From NCBI GenBank assembly GCA_025356085.1, contig JANXUV010000220.1:1-63922 (forward strand): 63,922 bases of DNA. The letters run 5' to 3'. Below, piece after piece: positions 29,991 to 40,127 of this stretch (positions are counted from its first letter, which is position 1; each line of letters opens with the position of its first letter). The position numbers and the translations under genes are program-made. Source of the stretch: Betaproteobacteria bacterium (GTDB lineage Bacteria > Pseudomonadota > Gammaproteobacteria > Burkholderiales > SG8-39). The notes under the pieces were generated by a model. The model saw nothing but the letters and a program-made list of their open reading frames with translations, had not been told where the DNA came from and did not search any database.

Positions 29991-31249
29991 GCCTGCTGGT
30001 AGACGACGCTGCCGGCGACGATTGTCGTACGCACGCGCCCGGCAAGTTCGTAGCCGAGGAACGGCGTGTTCTTGCCCTGGCTCTTGAGCGCGGCGGGGAC
30101 GACGCGCCAGGTCTGCTGCGGGTCGAACAGCACCAGGTCGGCGCGCGCGCCTGGCTCGATGCGGCCGGACTGCACGCCGAGCACGCGCGCAGCATCGCAG
30201 GTAACGCGCGCCAGGGTCTTCGCCAGCGGCAGCTTGCGTTGCACGCCCCATTTGAGAATCAGCGGCAACAGGAGTTCCAGGCCGGTGGCCCCGGGCTCGG
30301 CCTCCGCAAACGGCAGTTGCTTCTGGTTTTCGTCCACTGGTGTGTGGTCGGATACCGCGCAGTCAACAGTGCCGTCGGCCAGGCCCGCTGCAAGCGCCTC
30401 GCGATCGCGCTGCGAGCGCAGCGGCGGCTCGAGCCGGCAGTGCGAGTCGTAGTAACCCAGGTCGAGCTCGGACAGATGCACATGATGGATGCCGACATCG
30501 CAGCTGACCGGCAGGCCTTCCTTCTTCGCGGCGCGAATCAGCTCGACGCCAGCGGCTGTCGACAACCGGCAGAAATGCACGCGCGTGCCGGTGGCACGCA
30601 CCAGCTGCAACGCTGTGCCAAGCGCGATGGTTTCGGCGAAGGCCGGAATTCCCGCGAGGCCGAGGCGCGTCGCGACTTCACCGTCATGCGCGACGCCGTC
30701 GCCGGCGAGCCAGCGATCCTCCACGCGCAGCCAGACCGGAAAACCGAAGGTCGCCGCGTACTGCAGCGCGCGCCACAGCACCTGGGTATCGGCGATCGGC
30801 ACGTTGGCTTGCGAGAACGCCACGCAGCCGGCCTCGGCAAGCTCCGACATCTCGGTCAGCCGCTCGCCCGCCAGCTTCACAGTCAGCGCGCCGATCGGAT
30901 AGACGCGCGCCCGCGCGAGCGCCTTGGCGCGCCGCCGCAGCATGTCCACCAGGCCCGGCTCATCGAGCGGCGGATCGGTGTCCGGCGGGCAGGCTAGGCT
31001 GGTCACACCGCCCGCGACCGCCGCGTCCATTTCCGATTCGAGCGTCGCCTTGTATTCGTAGCCCGGCTCGCGCAGCCGCGCCGACAGGTCGATCAGCCCC
31101 GGCGCGACCACCAGGCCCTTGGCGTCGATGGTTTGATCTGCTTTTTCTTTCTTGTCGGAAATTCTTCCGTCAGAAATGAAAACATCTCCAACTTCATCTC
31201 TGCCACTTGCCGGATCGACAATCCGCCCACCTTTGATCAGGAGCGTCAT
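29987..31249 (-). CDS. pyrC: dihydroorotase-like protein PyrC' (probably a non-catalytic ATCase partner)
   Basis: 420 aa with an amidohydrolase fold. The canonical DxHxHxR metal motif reads DLSARLR (nt 31076-31090). ATGA overlap with pyrB. Trimmed from ORF 29987..31522. Confidence 0.85.
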   Translation of the reverse strand: MTLLIKGGRIVDPASGRDEVGDVFISDGRISDKKEKADQTIDAKGLVVAPGLIDLSARLREPGYEYKATLESEMDAAVAGGVTSLACPPDTDPPLDEPGLVDMLRRRAKALARARVYPIGALTVKLAGERLTEMSELAEAGCVAFSQANVPIADTQVLWRALQYAATFGFPVWLRVEDRWLAGDGVAHDGEVATRLGLAGIPAFAETIALGTALQLVRATGTRVHFCRLSTAAGVELIRAAKKEGLPVSCDVGIHHVHLSELDLGYYDSHCRLEPPLRSQRDREALAAGLADGTVDCAVSDHTPVDENQKQLPFAEAEPGATGLELLLPLILKWGVQRKLPLAKTLARVTCDAARVLGVQSGRIEPGARADLVLFDPQQTWRVVPAALKSQGKNTPFLGYELAGRVRTTIVAGSVVYQQA

Positions 31250-32199
31250 CAGTTGCCCGCCACGATGGACATCACCGCCATGCGCACCGCGATGCCGAAG
31301 GTGACCTGGGGCAGGATCACCGAATGCGGGCCGTCGGCGACCGGCGAATCGATCTCGACGCCGCGGTTCATCGGCCCCGGATGCATCACGATCGCGTCCG
31401 GCTTCGCCAGCGCCAGCTTGTCTGCGGTAAGGCCGTAATTCTTGAAGAACTCCTGCGCCGAGGGCAGCAGCGGCCCGTTCATGCGCTCGTTCTGCAGCCG
31501 CAGCATCACCACCACGTCGCAATCCTTCAAGCCCGCGCGCATGTCATGGAACACGCGCACGCCGAGCGCTTCCACGCCGGCGGGCATCAGCGTCTGCGGG
31601 CCGATGACGCGGACTTCCGGGACGCCCAGCGTGGTGAGGCCATGGATCAGCGAACGCGCGACGCGCGAATGCAGCACGTCGCCGACGATCGCCACTGTCA
31701 GCCGGCTGAAATCCTTCTTGTAGTGGCGGATGGTGTAAAGGTCGAGCAGCCCCTGCGTCGGGTGCGCGTGGCGGCCGTCGCCAGCGTTGATCACGTGCTC
31801 GTGCGGCTTGACGTGGCGCGCGATCAGATAGGGCGCGCCCGAGGACGCATGCCGCACCACGAACACGTCCGCCTGCATCGCAGACAAGTTGGCGACCGTG
31901 TCGAGCAACGACTCGCCCTTGGTCTGCGAACTGACCGATACGTTCAGGTTGATGACATCCGCCGACAGCCGCTTGGCGGCGATCTCAAAGGTGGTGCGGG
32001 TGCGCGTCGAGGCCTCGAAGAAGAGGTTGAACACGCTCTTGCCGCGCATCAGCGGCACTTTCTTCACCTCGCGCTCGGTGACGCCGGCGAAGGATTCGGC
32101 GGTATCGAGGATCTGCGTCAGGATTTCGCGCGGCAGCCCCTCGATCGACAGCAGGTGCTGCAGTTCGCCGTTCGCGTTCAGCTGCGGATTAGCCGGCAT
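31249..32199 (-). CDS. pyrB: aspartate carbamoyltransferase catalytic subunit
   Basis: STRTR and HPTQ motifs. ATG 32199 (GGAG 7 nt upstream) is preferred over TTG 32205. Confidence 0.95.
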   Translation of the reverse strand: MPANPQLNANGELQHLLSIEGLPREILTQILDTAESFAGVTEREVKKVPLMRGKSVFNLFFEASTRTRTTFEIAAKRLSADVINLNVSVSSQTKGESLLDTVANLSAMQADVFVVRHASSGAPYLIARHVKPHEHVINAGDGRHAHPTQGLLDLYTIRHYKKDFSRLTVAIVGDVLHSRVARSLIHGLTTLGVPEVRVIGPQTLMPAGVEALGVRVFHDMRAGLKDCDVVVMLRLQNERMNGPLLPSAQEFFKNYGLTADKLALAKPDAIVMHPGPMNRGVEIDSPVADGPHSVILPQVTFGIAVRMAVMSIVAGN

Positions 32200-32692
32200 C
32201 TTCAAGCTCCAGAGCCAGCTTGCCGCTGGCCGCGCGCTTCAGCCGCAGGCGCTTGCCCGCCTGCACTTCGACTTTCGCGCCGCAGAACTGCGCCTCGATG
32301 GGCAACTGGCGCCCGCCGCGGTCGGCCAGCACCACCAGTGCGATGCTCCTCGGCCGGCCGTAGTCGAACAGCTCGTTCATCGCCGCGCGTACCGTGCGCC
32401 CGGTGTAGAGCACGTCGTCCACCAGCAGCAGGTCCCTGCCCTCGACTTCGAACGGGATCCGGGTCCGCTTTGGGTCGTGCTTCAGGCCTTCCTTCGCGTA
32501 ATCGTCGCGATAGAACGCGATGTCCATCAGCCCGAGCGGATCCTTCAAGCCGAGCAGAGGATGCAGGCGCTCTGCGACCCAGGCGCCGCCGGTATGCAGG
32601 CCGATCATCGCCGTGGCCGGCGTGATGCGGGCCTTGAGCTCAGCGGCGAGCGCCGGTAACAGGGCCTCGGCGTCAGGAAGCTTGCTTGTCAT
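32189..32692 (-). CDS. pyrR: bifunctional pyr operon regulator / uracil phosphoribosyltransferase PyrR
   Basis: 167 aa. PRT motif [13 protein letters not shown]. Confidence 0.92.
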   Translation of the reverse strand: MTSKLPDAEALLPALAAELKARITPATAMIGLHTGGAWVAERLHPLLGLKDPLGLMDIAFYRDDYAKEGLKHDPKRTRIPFEVEGRDLLLVDDVLYTGRTVRAAMNELFDYGRPRSIALVVLADRGGRQLPIEAQFCGAKVEVQAGKRLRLKRAASGKLALELEDAG

Positions 32693-33131
32693 TGAAGAAT
32701 TGTTCCAGAAGGAGTTGCGCCGCCTGCGAATCGAGCGCCTTGCCGCGCGCCAGGCTCACCGCCTTGCGCGCACCGTAGGCCGCGCGCATGCGGCTTTCTA
32801 CTTCCACGGAACTGTAGCGCTCGTCCACCAGCGCCACAGGCAGGCGGAAGCGGCCGGTCAACTGGCGCGCGAAGCGCTCGGCGCGGCGCGTCATCTCGTG
32901 CGGCGCGCCGTCCTCGCCGAGCGGGCGCCCGACCAGCAGCAATCCAGGCTTCCATTCCTTCACCAGGAGCTCGATCGCGGTGAAGCGGCCGGGCTGGGTG
33001 ACTGCGGCCAGCGGCAGCAGCGGATGCGCGGTGCCGACTTCGGGCTCCCCCACTGCGACACCAATACGCTGCAAACCGAAATCGAACGCCAGGACCGTGC
33101 CGGCGATTGGTCGAGTGGCCTTGTCAGGCAT
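32673..33131 (-). CDS. ruvX: Holliday junction resolvase-like RuvX (YqgF)
   Basis: [17 protein letters not shown]... is the YqgF N-terminal motif. Start trimmed to ATG 33131. Confidence 0.88.
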   Translation of the reverse strand: MPDKATRPIAGTVLAFDFGLQRIGVAVGEPEVGTAHPLLPLAAVTQPGRFTAIELLVKEWKPGLLLVGRPLGEDGAPHEMTRRAERFARQLTGRFRLPVALVDERYSSVEVESRMRAAYGARKAVSLARGKALDSQAAQLLLEQFFNDKQAS

Positions 33132-33705
33132 GTCCCGCTTGATCGGCGAGCCGCGCAAAGTCGAGGCCGAGCAGATTCATCGCCGCAGGCAGGCGCTCAT
33201 CGGCCGGCAGGTCGAAGATGATCGCGTCTTTCGCTTCGACCGTCAGCCAGGCGTTCTGCTTCAGTTCGTGCTCAATCTGCCCCGCCGACCAGCCGGCGTA
33301 GCCGAGCGATACCAGCATTTTCGAGGGGCCTTCGCCGCGACCGACCGCCTCGAGGATGTCTTTCGAGGTGGTCAAGCCGATTGGGCCACAGGTGTCGGGT
33401 TTTCCTGCGGTCACCTTGATCGTCGCCTGCCACTCGCCAGCGGGAAAGTGCAGCACGAATCCCCGGTCGGTCTGCACGGGTCCGCCGAAATAGATGGGTG
33501 CGTCGGCGCGCGCACGGTCCTTAAGGTTGAGCGACAGGCGCTCGAACAGCGCCTCCAGGGTCATATCGATCGGGCGGTTGACGACGATGCCGAGCGCGCC
33601 CTGCTCGTTGTGCTCGCAAACGTAAGTCAGCGTCCTGGAAAAGTACGGATCGGCCATGTTGGGCATGGCGATCAGGAAGTGATTCGTCAGATTGATCGAG
33701 GACAC
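33124..33705 (-). CDS. yqgE: YqgE/AlgH family protein
   Basis: [40 protein letters not shown] is the family signature. GTG start. Confidence 0.9.
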   Translation of the reverse strand: MSSINLTNHFLIAMPNMADPYFSRTLTYVCEHNEQGALGIVVNRPIDMTLEALFERLSLNLKDRARADAPIYFGGPVQTDRGFVLHFPAGEWQATIKVTAGKPDTCGPIGLTTSKDILEAVGRGEGPSKMLVSLGYAGWSAGQIEHELKQNAWLTVEAKDAIIFDLPADERLPAAMNLLGLDFARLADQAGHA

Positions 33706-33802
33706 GCGCTTGACGCTATTTTACCTGATCGTCCTCCCTACCGCCGGTATACTCGGTCGCTCTGGGGGGCTCGGCCCTTCCCTTCCATTTTCCTCGGCGC
33801 GC

Positions 33803-35305
33803 ATGCGCATTCTCGGCTTTATCGGTTACGGATTCATGGCGCTGGTCCTGAGCGCCGGCTGGGCGTTCCTCTACTGGCAGTCGAGCGCGGTGGACCTCGC
33901 CTCGGTCGAAGGGGCGCGTGGCGCGCTCACCGAGCTGCGCGCGGTCGATGCAGGCTGGAATCAGCAGCTGGTGGATGGCCGCCTGCACCCGGGCGGCACG
34001 CCGCGTCCCACCCCCGCACGCTTCCGGAGCGCCTATGGAGCGCTCGAGGTGCAGGCGCTGCGAATCGGCGACGCTCGCATCGGCGGCGAACTGGTCCAGC
34101 TCAAGCGCGCCTTCGATGACAAGGCGGCCCTGGTAGCGCGCCACGCCTCGGCGCGTGCCGAGGCCGGGCGCGCCGATCCCTCGGAGGCGGACGCGCTATT
34201 CGACCAGGCGTGGTTTGCTTCCACCGGCCCGCGCCTCGACACCCTGGCGCGCGCCTTCGACCGGAGCTTCGACAACGCGCTGACTCAGGCCGAGCTGTAC
34301 CGTGTCGCGCTGCTGTACTACTCGGGGTTCCTGCTGGCCGTGCTCGGGTTCCTCGCCTGGAACCTCGACCAGCGCCGGCACCAGTTGCGCGCGGCCAACG
34401 AAACGCTGGAAGCGCGCGTTGCCGCGCGCACGCGGGAGCTGTCCGAGGCGCTGGCGAGGCTCAAGGAATCCGAGGCGATGCTGATCCAGAGCGAGAAGAT
34501 GTCCTCGCTCGGGCAGATGGTCGCCGGCATCGCGCACGAGGTGAACACGCCGCTCGCCTACGTGAAATCGAGCCTCGAGGCGGTGAAGCGCAGCGTGCCG
34601 GGCGCGGCACATCTCGCGACGGAGACCGAAACGCTGCTCGCGCTGCTGTCGGCCGAGAACGCCGACGAGGCGGCGCTGGCGGCGCAGTTCTCAAAGGTGC
34701 GCACGCTGGTGGAGGAACTGCGCTCGAAGACCGCGCTGGCGGAGCTCGATCAGCTTCTCAAAGACGGCCTGTTCGGTATCGGCCAGATTTCCGAGGTGAT
34801 CTCGAACCTGAAGAACTTCAGCCGCCTGGACCGCAACAAAGTGGCCGACTACGACCTGCACGAGGGCATCGAGAGCTCGATCCGCATCGGCTATGCGCAG
34901 CTGCAGAACCGCGTGGTGCGCAAGGAATTCGGCAAGATCCCGCATGTCTCCTGCTCGCCATCGCAGATCAACCAGGTGATCCTGAACCTGCTGTCCAACG
35001 CCGCCCAGGCGACGAAGGATGGCGAAGGCATCATCACCGTGCGCACCGGCGTGCGCGATACCGCGCACGTCGCGATCGAAGTGGCCGACAACGGCAGCGG
35101 CATCCCGGCGGAAGTGCTGCCGAAGATATTCGACCCGTTCTTCACCACCAAGGGCGTCGGCAAGGGCACGGGCCTCGGCTTGTCGATCTGCTACAAGATC
35201 GTCGAGAACCACGGCGGCAAGCTCGAAGTCCAGTCCAAGCCCGGCGTGGGCACACGCTTCACGCTGGTGCTGCCGGTGAAGCCGTCCGCCGCTCTCGCGG
35301 CCTGA
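33803..35305 (+). CDS. membrane sensor histidine kinase (two TM segments, about 140-aa periplasmic loop; no receiver domain)
   Basis: 500 aa from ATG 33803. H-box [10 protein letters not shown] (H245), N-box [11 protein letters not shown]1 [17 protein letters not shown]2 GTGLGLSI. Confidence 0.9.
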   Translation: MRILGFIGYGFMALVLSAGWAFLYWQSSAVDLASVEGARGALTELRAVDAGWNQQLVDGRLHPGGTPRPTPARFRSAYGALEVQALRIGDARIGGELVQLKRAFDDKAALVARHASARAEAGRADPSEADALFDQAWFASTGPRLDTLARAFDRSFDNALTQAELYRVALLYYSGFLLAVLGFLAWNLDQRRHQLRAANETLEARVAARTRELSEALARLKESEAMLIQSEKMSSLGQMVAGIAHEVNTPLAYVKSSLEAVKRSVPGAAHLATETETLLALLSAENADEAALAAQFSKVRTLVEELRSKTALAELDQLLKDGLFGIGQISEVISNLKNFSRLDRNKVADYDLHEGIESSIRIGYAQLQNRVVRKEFGKIPHVSCSPSQINQVILNLLSNAAQATKDGEGIITVRTGVRDTAHVAIEVADNGSGIPAEVLPKIFDPFFTTKGVGKGTGLGLSICYKIVENHGGKLEVQSKPGVGTRFTLVLPVKPSAALAA

Positions 35306-35311
35306 GTTTCC

Positions 35312-37153
35312 ATGACGCCAGAGCGCATCGGCCGGTACGAGATCTCGGGTGAGCTGGGGCGCGGCGGCATGGCCGTCGTCTACCGGGGCCTCGACCCGGT
35401 CATCAAGCGACCGACCGCGCTGAAGGTAATCCGCAAGGCGGACCTCGACGCCTCTGAGGCGGCGCTGATCCTGGATCGCTTCAAGCGGGAGGCGCAGGCC
35501 GCCGGCAGCCTGCACCATCCGAACGTGGTCGCGATCTACGAATACGGCGAGGACGATGCCCACGCATGGATCGCGATGGAGCTCGTCGATGGCAAGCCGC
35601 TACGCGATCACCTGATCGCAGGCTGGCGGCCGGACCTGTCGACACTGCCCTCGGTGCTGGAGCAGCTGCTCGAAGCGCTCGACTATTCGCACGGCCACGG
35701 CGTGATCCATCGCGACGTCAAGCCGGGCAACGTGCTGGTCAGCAGCATGGGCGTCGCAAAAATGAGCGATTTCGGCATCGCCCGCATCGAGCGCTCGCAC
35801 CTGACGCAGGCCGGCGAGGTGCTCGGCACGCCGTTCTACATGGCGCCGGAACAATACGAAGGCCTGGACATCGACGAGCGCACCGACATCTATTCAGCCG
35901 GCGTGATCGTGTACGAAGTGCTGTGCGGCCGCCGGCCTTTCGACGGCCAGGGCGGCAACCTGATGCGGCAGATCCTGCAGGAGCCCCCGCCGCCCGCCTC
36001 CACCTACGAGCCGCGCCTGCCGGTAACCATCGACCTGGTGCTGAGCAAGGTACTGGCCAAAAAAAGGGAAAACCGCTACCGTGGCGCGCGCGAATTCCTC
36101 GACGCGCTGAAAAATGCGTTCCCGGGCGGCGTCCCGGCGGCGGCAACCGCGTTGCCGAAAATGAGCCTGGCGGCCAACGCCGGCGCCCTGCGCAAGGCGC
36201 TGACCTCTTCGTCCGTCAAGCCGGCACCCCTGCCCGCAAAGCCCGCCGTGCGCCGGCCGGGCGTGCTTTTCGTGGATGACGAAGAGCGGGTTACCAACGC
36301 GCTTGAGCATCTGTTCCGCGACGCCTACGAAGTCGAAATCGCGAACGGCGGCGTCCAGGCGCTCGAGAAACTCCGGGCGCGGCGCTTCCACGTGCTGGTG
36401 AGCGACCAGCGCATGCCGGAGATGCCGGGCGTGGAATTACTGCGGCAGGCAAAGGACCTCGCGCCGGGCATGGTGCGCCTGTTGCTGACCGGCTACTCGG
36501 ATCTCGCCGCCATCGTCGGCTCCGTGAACGAGAGTGAGGTTTTCCGTTTCGTCTCCAAGCCCTGGCAGGAGGATGACCTGCGCGCCACCCTCGCCGAGGC
36601 GGTGGACGTGGCGATCGCGCTGGAGGCGGCCGCGGCGGCGCCGGCACCCTCCCTGCCGCCGGACGCGGCGGTACTGGTGATGGGCGAAGCGGCGCTGGCG
36701 CGCGGGGCGCGCGAACTGGCGAAGGGCGCCTACAAAGTCTTCGACGCGCCGGGCATCGAACCGGCGCTGGAAGTGCTGGCGGCCGAGGAAATCGCGGCGC
36801 TGGTCTGCGACCTCGACGGCGGCGGACAGGATCCGGCCGCGCTGCTGCGCATCCTCAAGAAGCAGTCGCCGCAAACGCAGCTGATCGCCATCTCGGCGGC
36901 CTCTGACTCCGAACTCATCATCAGCCTGATCAACGAGGCGCGCATCTACCGTTTTCTCAAGAAGCCGGTGAATTTCTCGCTGCTGCAGGGCGCGCTCGCG
37001 GCCGCGCTCGGGCGCTACGCGCGCATGGCGAAATCGCCCGCGCTGCTGCGCTCGGAGTCGGCGAGGAAGGCCAAAGAGGACGCCGCCGAGCAGTCGATCC
37101 TCGGGCGCCTGAAATCGCTCGGCGGCCGCTTCGCCGCCGCACTCCGGCGCTGA
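35312..37153 (+). CDS. Hanks-type Ser/Thr protein kinase fused to a receiver domain and a second, degenerate receiver-like domain
   Basis: 613 aa. Kinase motifs GRGGMAVV, ALKV (K38), HRDVKPGN, DFG, APE. REC1 (aa 317-436): DD321-322, D365 (GAC 36404-36406), T393, K416. REC2-like (aa 452-565): D500 and K551, but no N-terminal acidic pair. Confidence 0.88.
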   Translation: MTPERIGRYEISGELGRGGMAVVYRGLDPVIKRPTALKVIRKADLDASEAALILDRFKREAQAAGSLHHPNVVAIYEYGEDDAHAWIAMELVDGKPLRDHLIAGWRPDLSTLPSVLEQLLEALDYSHGHGVIHRDVKPGNVLVSSMGVAKMSDFGIARIERSHLTQAGEVLGTPFYMAPEQYEGLDIDERTDIYSAGVIVYEVLCGRRPFDGQGGNLMRQILQEPPPPASTYEPRLPVTIDLVLSKVLAKKRENRYRGAREFLDALKNAFPGGVPAAATALPKMSLAANAGALRKALTSSSVKPAPLPAKPAVRRPGVLFVDDEERVTNALEHLFRDAYEVEIANGGVQALEKLRARRFHVLVSDQRMPEMPGVELLRQAKDLAPGMVRLLLTGYSDLAAIVGSVNESEVFRFVSKPWQEDDLRATLAEAVDVAIALEAAAAAPAPSLPPDAAVLVMGEAALARGARELAKGAYKVFDAPGIEPALEVLAAEEIAALVCDLDGGGQDPAALLRILKKQSPQTQLIAISAASDSELIISLINEARIYRFLKKPVNFSLLQGALAAALGRYARMAKSPALLRSESARKAKEDAAEQSILGRLKSLGGRFAAALRR

Positions 37154-37182
37154 TCGCCGGCCTTCCGGGAACTAGAGGACGC

Positions 37183-37368
37183 TCAGACCTCGACCATCTC
37201 GAAGTCGTCCTTGCGCGCTCCGCATTCCGGACAGGTCCAGTTCATCGGCACGTCTTCCCAGCGCGTGCCGGGCGCGATGCCCTCGCCGGGAATTCCCGCC
37301 TTTTCGTCGTAAACCCATCCGCAGATGAGGCACATCCAGGTTTTGTATTGAACTTGCTGTTCGGTCAT
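37183..37368 (-). CDS. rubredoxin
   Basis: 61 aa. Two CxxC pairs (CLICGWVY ... CPECG). Trimmed from ORF 37183..37512. Confidence 0.9.
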   Translation of the reverse strand: MTEQQVQYKTWMCLICGWVYDEKAGIPGEGIAPGTRWEDVPMNWTCPECGARKDDFEMVEV

Positions 37369-37407
37369 GGGTGGCGGGACAGTAAAATTTGCACCGGATA
37401 TTAACGC

Positions 37408-38199
37408 ATGTCGTCGTCGCCTCCGATCGTCCTCAGCTTCGCCGCCTCCGATCCGACCGGCGGCGCGGGGCTGCAGGCGGACCTGCTCACCCTCGCGAGC
37501 CTCGGCTGCCATCCGCTGTCGGTCGTCACCGCGGTCAGCGCGCAGGACTCGCGCGGCGTCGACGGCCTGCTCGCGCTCGAACCGGAATGGATCGCGCGCC
37601 AGGCGCGCCTGGTGCTCGCGGACATCCCGGTGGCCGCATTCAAGATCGGAGTCGTCGGCTCAGCGCGCAACGCCGAGGTAGTCGCGGCGGTCCTCGCCGA
37701 GCATCCGCGCACTCCGGTGGTGCTCGACCCGGTGCTCGCCTCCGGCCGCGGCGATCTCCTGGCGGATGGCGAAACCGTGCAGGCATTGCGCTCCGCGCTG
37801 CTGCCGCGCACTTTCCTGCTGACCCCCAACAGCCTCGAAGCGCGCCGTCTGGCGCTGGCCGCGCCGGACGCCGGCCTGCCCGCCTGCGCGCGCGCATTGA
37901 CGGACCTCGGCTGCCGATACGTGCTCATTACGGGCACGCATGAACCCGGCGCGCGGGTCACGAACACGCTCTATGGCCCGGGCGGCAGGCTGTGCGAAGA
38001 CAACTGGCCCAGGCTGGCCGGCGACTTCCACGGATCGGGCTGTACGCTCGCCTCCGCCGTCGCCGCCTTCCTCGCCAGAGGGCAGGCCATCGAGGATGCG
38101 GTGCGTCAGGCACAGACCTACACCTGGAAGACGCTGGAAGCGGGTTTCCGGCCGGGGCACGGCCAGCTGCTGCCGGACCGCTTCTTCGACCGGTCATGA
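37408..38199 (+). CDS. thiD: hydroxymethylpyrimidine/phosphomethylpyrimidine kinase
   Basis: VLSFAASDPTGGAGLQADL... is the ThiD N-terminal signature. C-terminal GSGCTLASA. Confidence 0.92.
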   Translation: MSSSPPIVLSFAASDPTGGAGLQADLLTLASLGCHPLSVVTAVSAQDSRGVDGLLALEPEWIARQARLVLADIPVAAFKIGVVGSARNAEVVAAVLAEHPRTPVVLDPVLASGRGDLLADGETVQALRSALLPRTFLLTPNSLEARRLALAAPDAGLPACARALTDLGCRYVLITGTHEPGARVTNTLYGPGGRLCEDNWPRLAGDFHGSGCTLASAVAAFLARGQAIEDAVRQAQTYTWKTLEAGFRPGHGQLLPDRFFDRS

Positions 38200-38807
38200 A
38201 GCTGCGCGGCTTGTACGCGGTCACGCCAGAATCCGAGGATCCGTCTCGCGTTCTGGACCTGGCAATGGAAGCGTTGGATGGGGGATTGGCTGCTCTGCAG
38301 TTCCGCAACAAGAAGCTGCCGCCCGCGGAGATCCTCGGTTATGCAAAGGCATACGCCGCTGCCTGCCGATCAAAAGGCGTGCCGTTCATTCTCAATGACC
38401 ATGTCGAAATCGCCATCGCAGTGGGCGCCGACGGAGTTCATCTTGGACGCGACGACGGAGACATCGGGAAAGCTCGGTCAATGCTGAAGGGGAAACTGCT
38501 CGGCGTTTCGTGCTACGACTCGCTCGACAGGGCGCGCGCCGTGGTCGCGGCGGGCGCGGACTACATCGCCTTCGGCAGCGTATTCGCCTCTCAGACCAAA
38601 CCCGCCGCGGTGCGGGCGCCGCACTCGCTGTTTGGCGAGGCACGATCGCTCGGCGTGCCGCTGGTGGCGATCGGCGGGATCACGCTGGACAACGCGCCGC
38701 AGCTCCTGGCCGCTGGCGCCGATGCGGTCGCCGTGATCTCGAACCTGTTCGATGCGCCTGACATCGCCGGGCGCGCGCGCGCCTACGGTAAGCTATTCGC
38801 AAAATGA
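38196..38807 (+). CDS. thiE: thiamine-phosphate synthase
   Basis: [12 protein letters not shown]...LQFRNK...GADGVHLG...GGI. ATGA overlap with thiD. In-frame tail of ORF 37992..38807. Confidence 0.9.
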   Translation: MKLRGLYAVTPESEDPSRVLDLAMEALDGGLAALQFRNKKLPPAEILGYAKAYAAACRSKGVPFILNDHVEIAIAVGADGVHLGRDDGDIGKARSMLKGKLLGVSCYDSLDRARAVVAAGADYIAFGSVFASQTKPAAVRAPHSLFGEARSLGVPLVAIGGITLDNAPQLLAAGADAVAVISNLFDAPDIAGRARAYGKLFAK

Positions 38808-40081
38808 CGACACGCAACGAAGAACTGTTTCAACGCGCCCAACAGCACATTCCCGCCGGCGTGAATTCACCGGTGCGTGCGTTCCGCGCCGTGGGCGGCG
38901 CACCGCCTTTTTTCGAGCGCGCTGCAGGCGCGTACCTGTGGGACGCCGACGGCAAGCGCTACCTCGACTACCTGGGATCCTGGGGCCCGATGGTGCTCGG
39001 CCATACGCATCCCGCCGTGGTGGAGGCAGTGCAGGCGGCGGCATCGAAGGCGCTGTCGTTCGGCGCGCCCACCGAAGCAGAGATCGAGCTCGCTGAGGCG
39101 ATCTGCCGCCTCGTGCCCTCGATCGAAATGGTGCGCCTGGTCTCTTCGGGCACCGAAGCGACCATGACGGCGATCCGCCTTGCGCGCGGCTACACGGGAC
39201 GCAGCCTGATCGTGAAATTCGAGGGCTGCTACCACGGCCACGCCGACAGCCTGCTTGTGAAAGCGGGCTCGGGCGCCCTCACCTTCGGCAATCCCAGCTC
39301 CGCCGGTGTGCCCGCGGAGACCGCTGCGCACACTCTTGTTTTGGACTTTAATGACTCGGAACAAGTAAAGAAAACATTCTCGGCGCGTGGCTCCGACATC
39401 GCCTGTGTCATCGTCGAGCCCGTCGCTGGCAACATGAATCTCGTTCTTCCGGCGGCAGGCTTCCTCGAAACGCTGCGCGAGCAGTGTACCAAGCACGGCG
39501 CCGTGCTGATCTTCGACGAGGTGATGACCGGCTTTCGCGTCGCGCAGGGCGGCGCGCAGGCGCGTTATGGCATCACGCCCGACCTGACGACGCTCGGCAA
39601 GGTGATAGGCGGCGGCCTGCCGGTGGGCGCGGTCGGCGGCAAGCGCGAGATCATGCAGAAGATCGCGCCGCTCGGGCCGGTCTACCAGGCGGGAACGCTT
39701 TCGGGAAATCCCGTCGCCGTCGCCGCCGGACTGGCGACATTGAAGCTGGTGGAAGAAAAAGATTTCCAGGCGAAGATCGAAGCGACGACGCAAGCGCTCA
39801 TTCAGGGCCTTATTGCCGAGGCGCAGAAGGCAAAGGTCGTGTTCTCGGCGCAATCCATCGGCAGCATGTTCGGCCTGTACTTCCGCGCCGCGCCGCCGGC
39901 GAGTTTTGCGGAAGTCATGCAGTGCGACAAGGACCGCTTCAATAAATTCTTCCACGCCATGCTGGACAAGGGCGTGTACCTGGCGCCCTCCGCCTACGAG
40001 GCGGGATTTGTCTCAGCGGCGCACGGCGGGGCTGAGATCGACTCGACGCTGGCCGCCGCGCGGGCGGCGTTCAAGGCCTGA
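38804..40081 (+). CDS. hemL: glutamate-1-semialdehyde 2,1-aminomutase
   Basis: 425 aa. [12 protein letters not shown]..., [15 protein letters not shown], and the PLP Lys in [11 protein letters not shown]. Confidence 0.96.
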   Translation: MTTRNEELFQRAQQHIPAGVNSPVRAFRAVGGAPPFFERAAGAYLWDADGKRYLDYLGSWGPMVLGHTHPAVVEAVQAAASKALSFGAPTEAEIELAEAICRLVPSIEMVRLVSSGTEATMTAIRLARGYTGRSLIVKFEGCYHGHADSLLVKAGSGALTFGNPSSAGVPAETAAHTLVLDFNDSEQVKKTFSARGSDIACVIVEPVAGNMNLVLPAAGFLETLREQCTKHGAVLIFDEVMTGFRVAQGGAQARYGITPDLTTLGKVIGGGLPVGAVGGKREIMQKIAPLGPVYQAGTLSGNPVAVAAGLATLKLVEEKDFQAKIEATTQALIQGLIAEAQKAKVVFSAQSIGSMFGLYFRAAPPASFAEVMQCDKDRFNKFFHAMLDKGVYLAPSAYEAGFVSAAHGGAEIDSTLAAARAAFKA

Positions 40082-40127
40082 CCTGATCACCTTCACCGGC
40101 CGGCCGGTCACGCAGGCGCCCGTGGGC

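Noticed and set aside
37369-37407. Possible TPP riboswitch upstream of thiD-thiE
   Set aside because: The gap is only 39 nt, far too short for a THI-box aptamer of about 100 nt, and no conserved CUGAGA element was seen.
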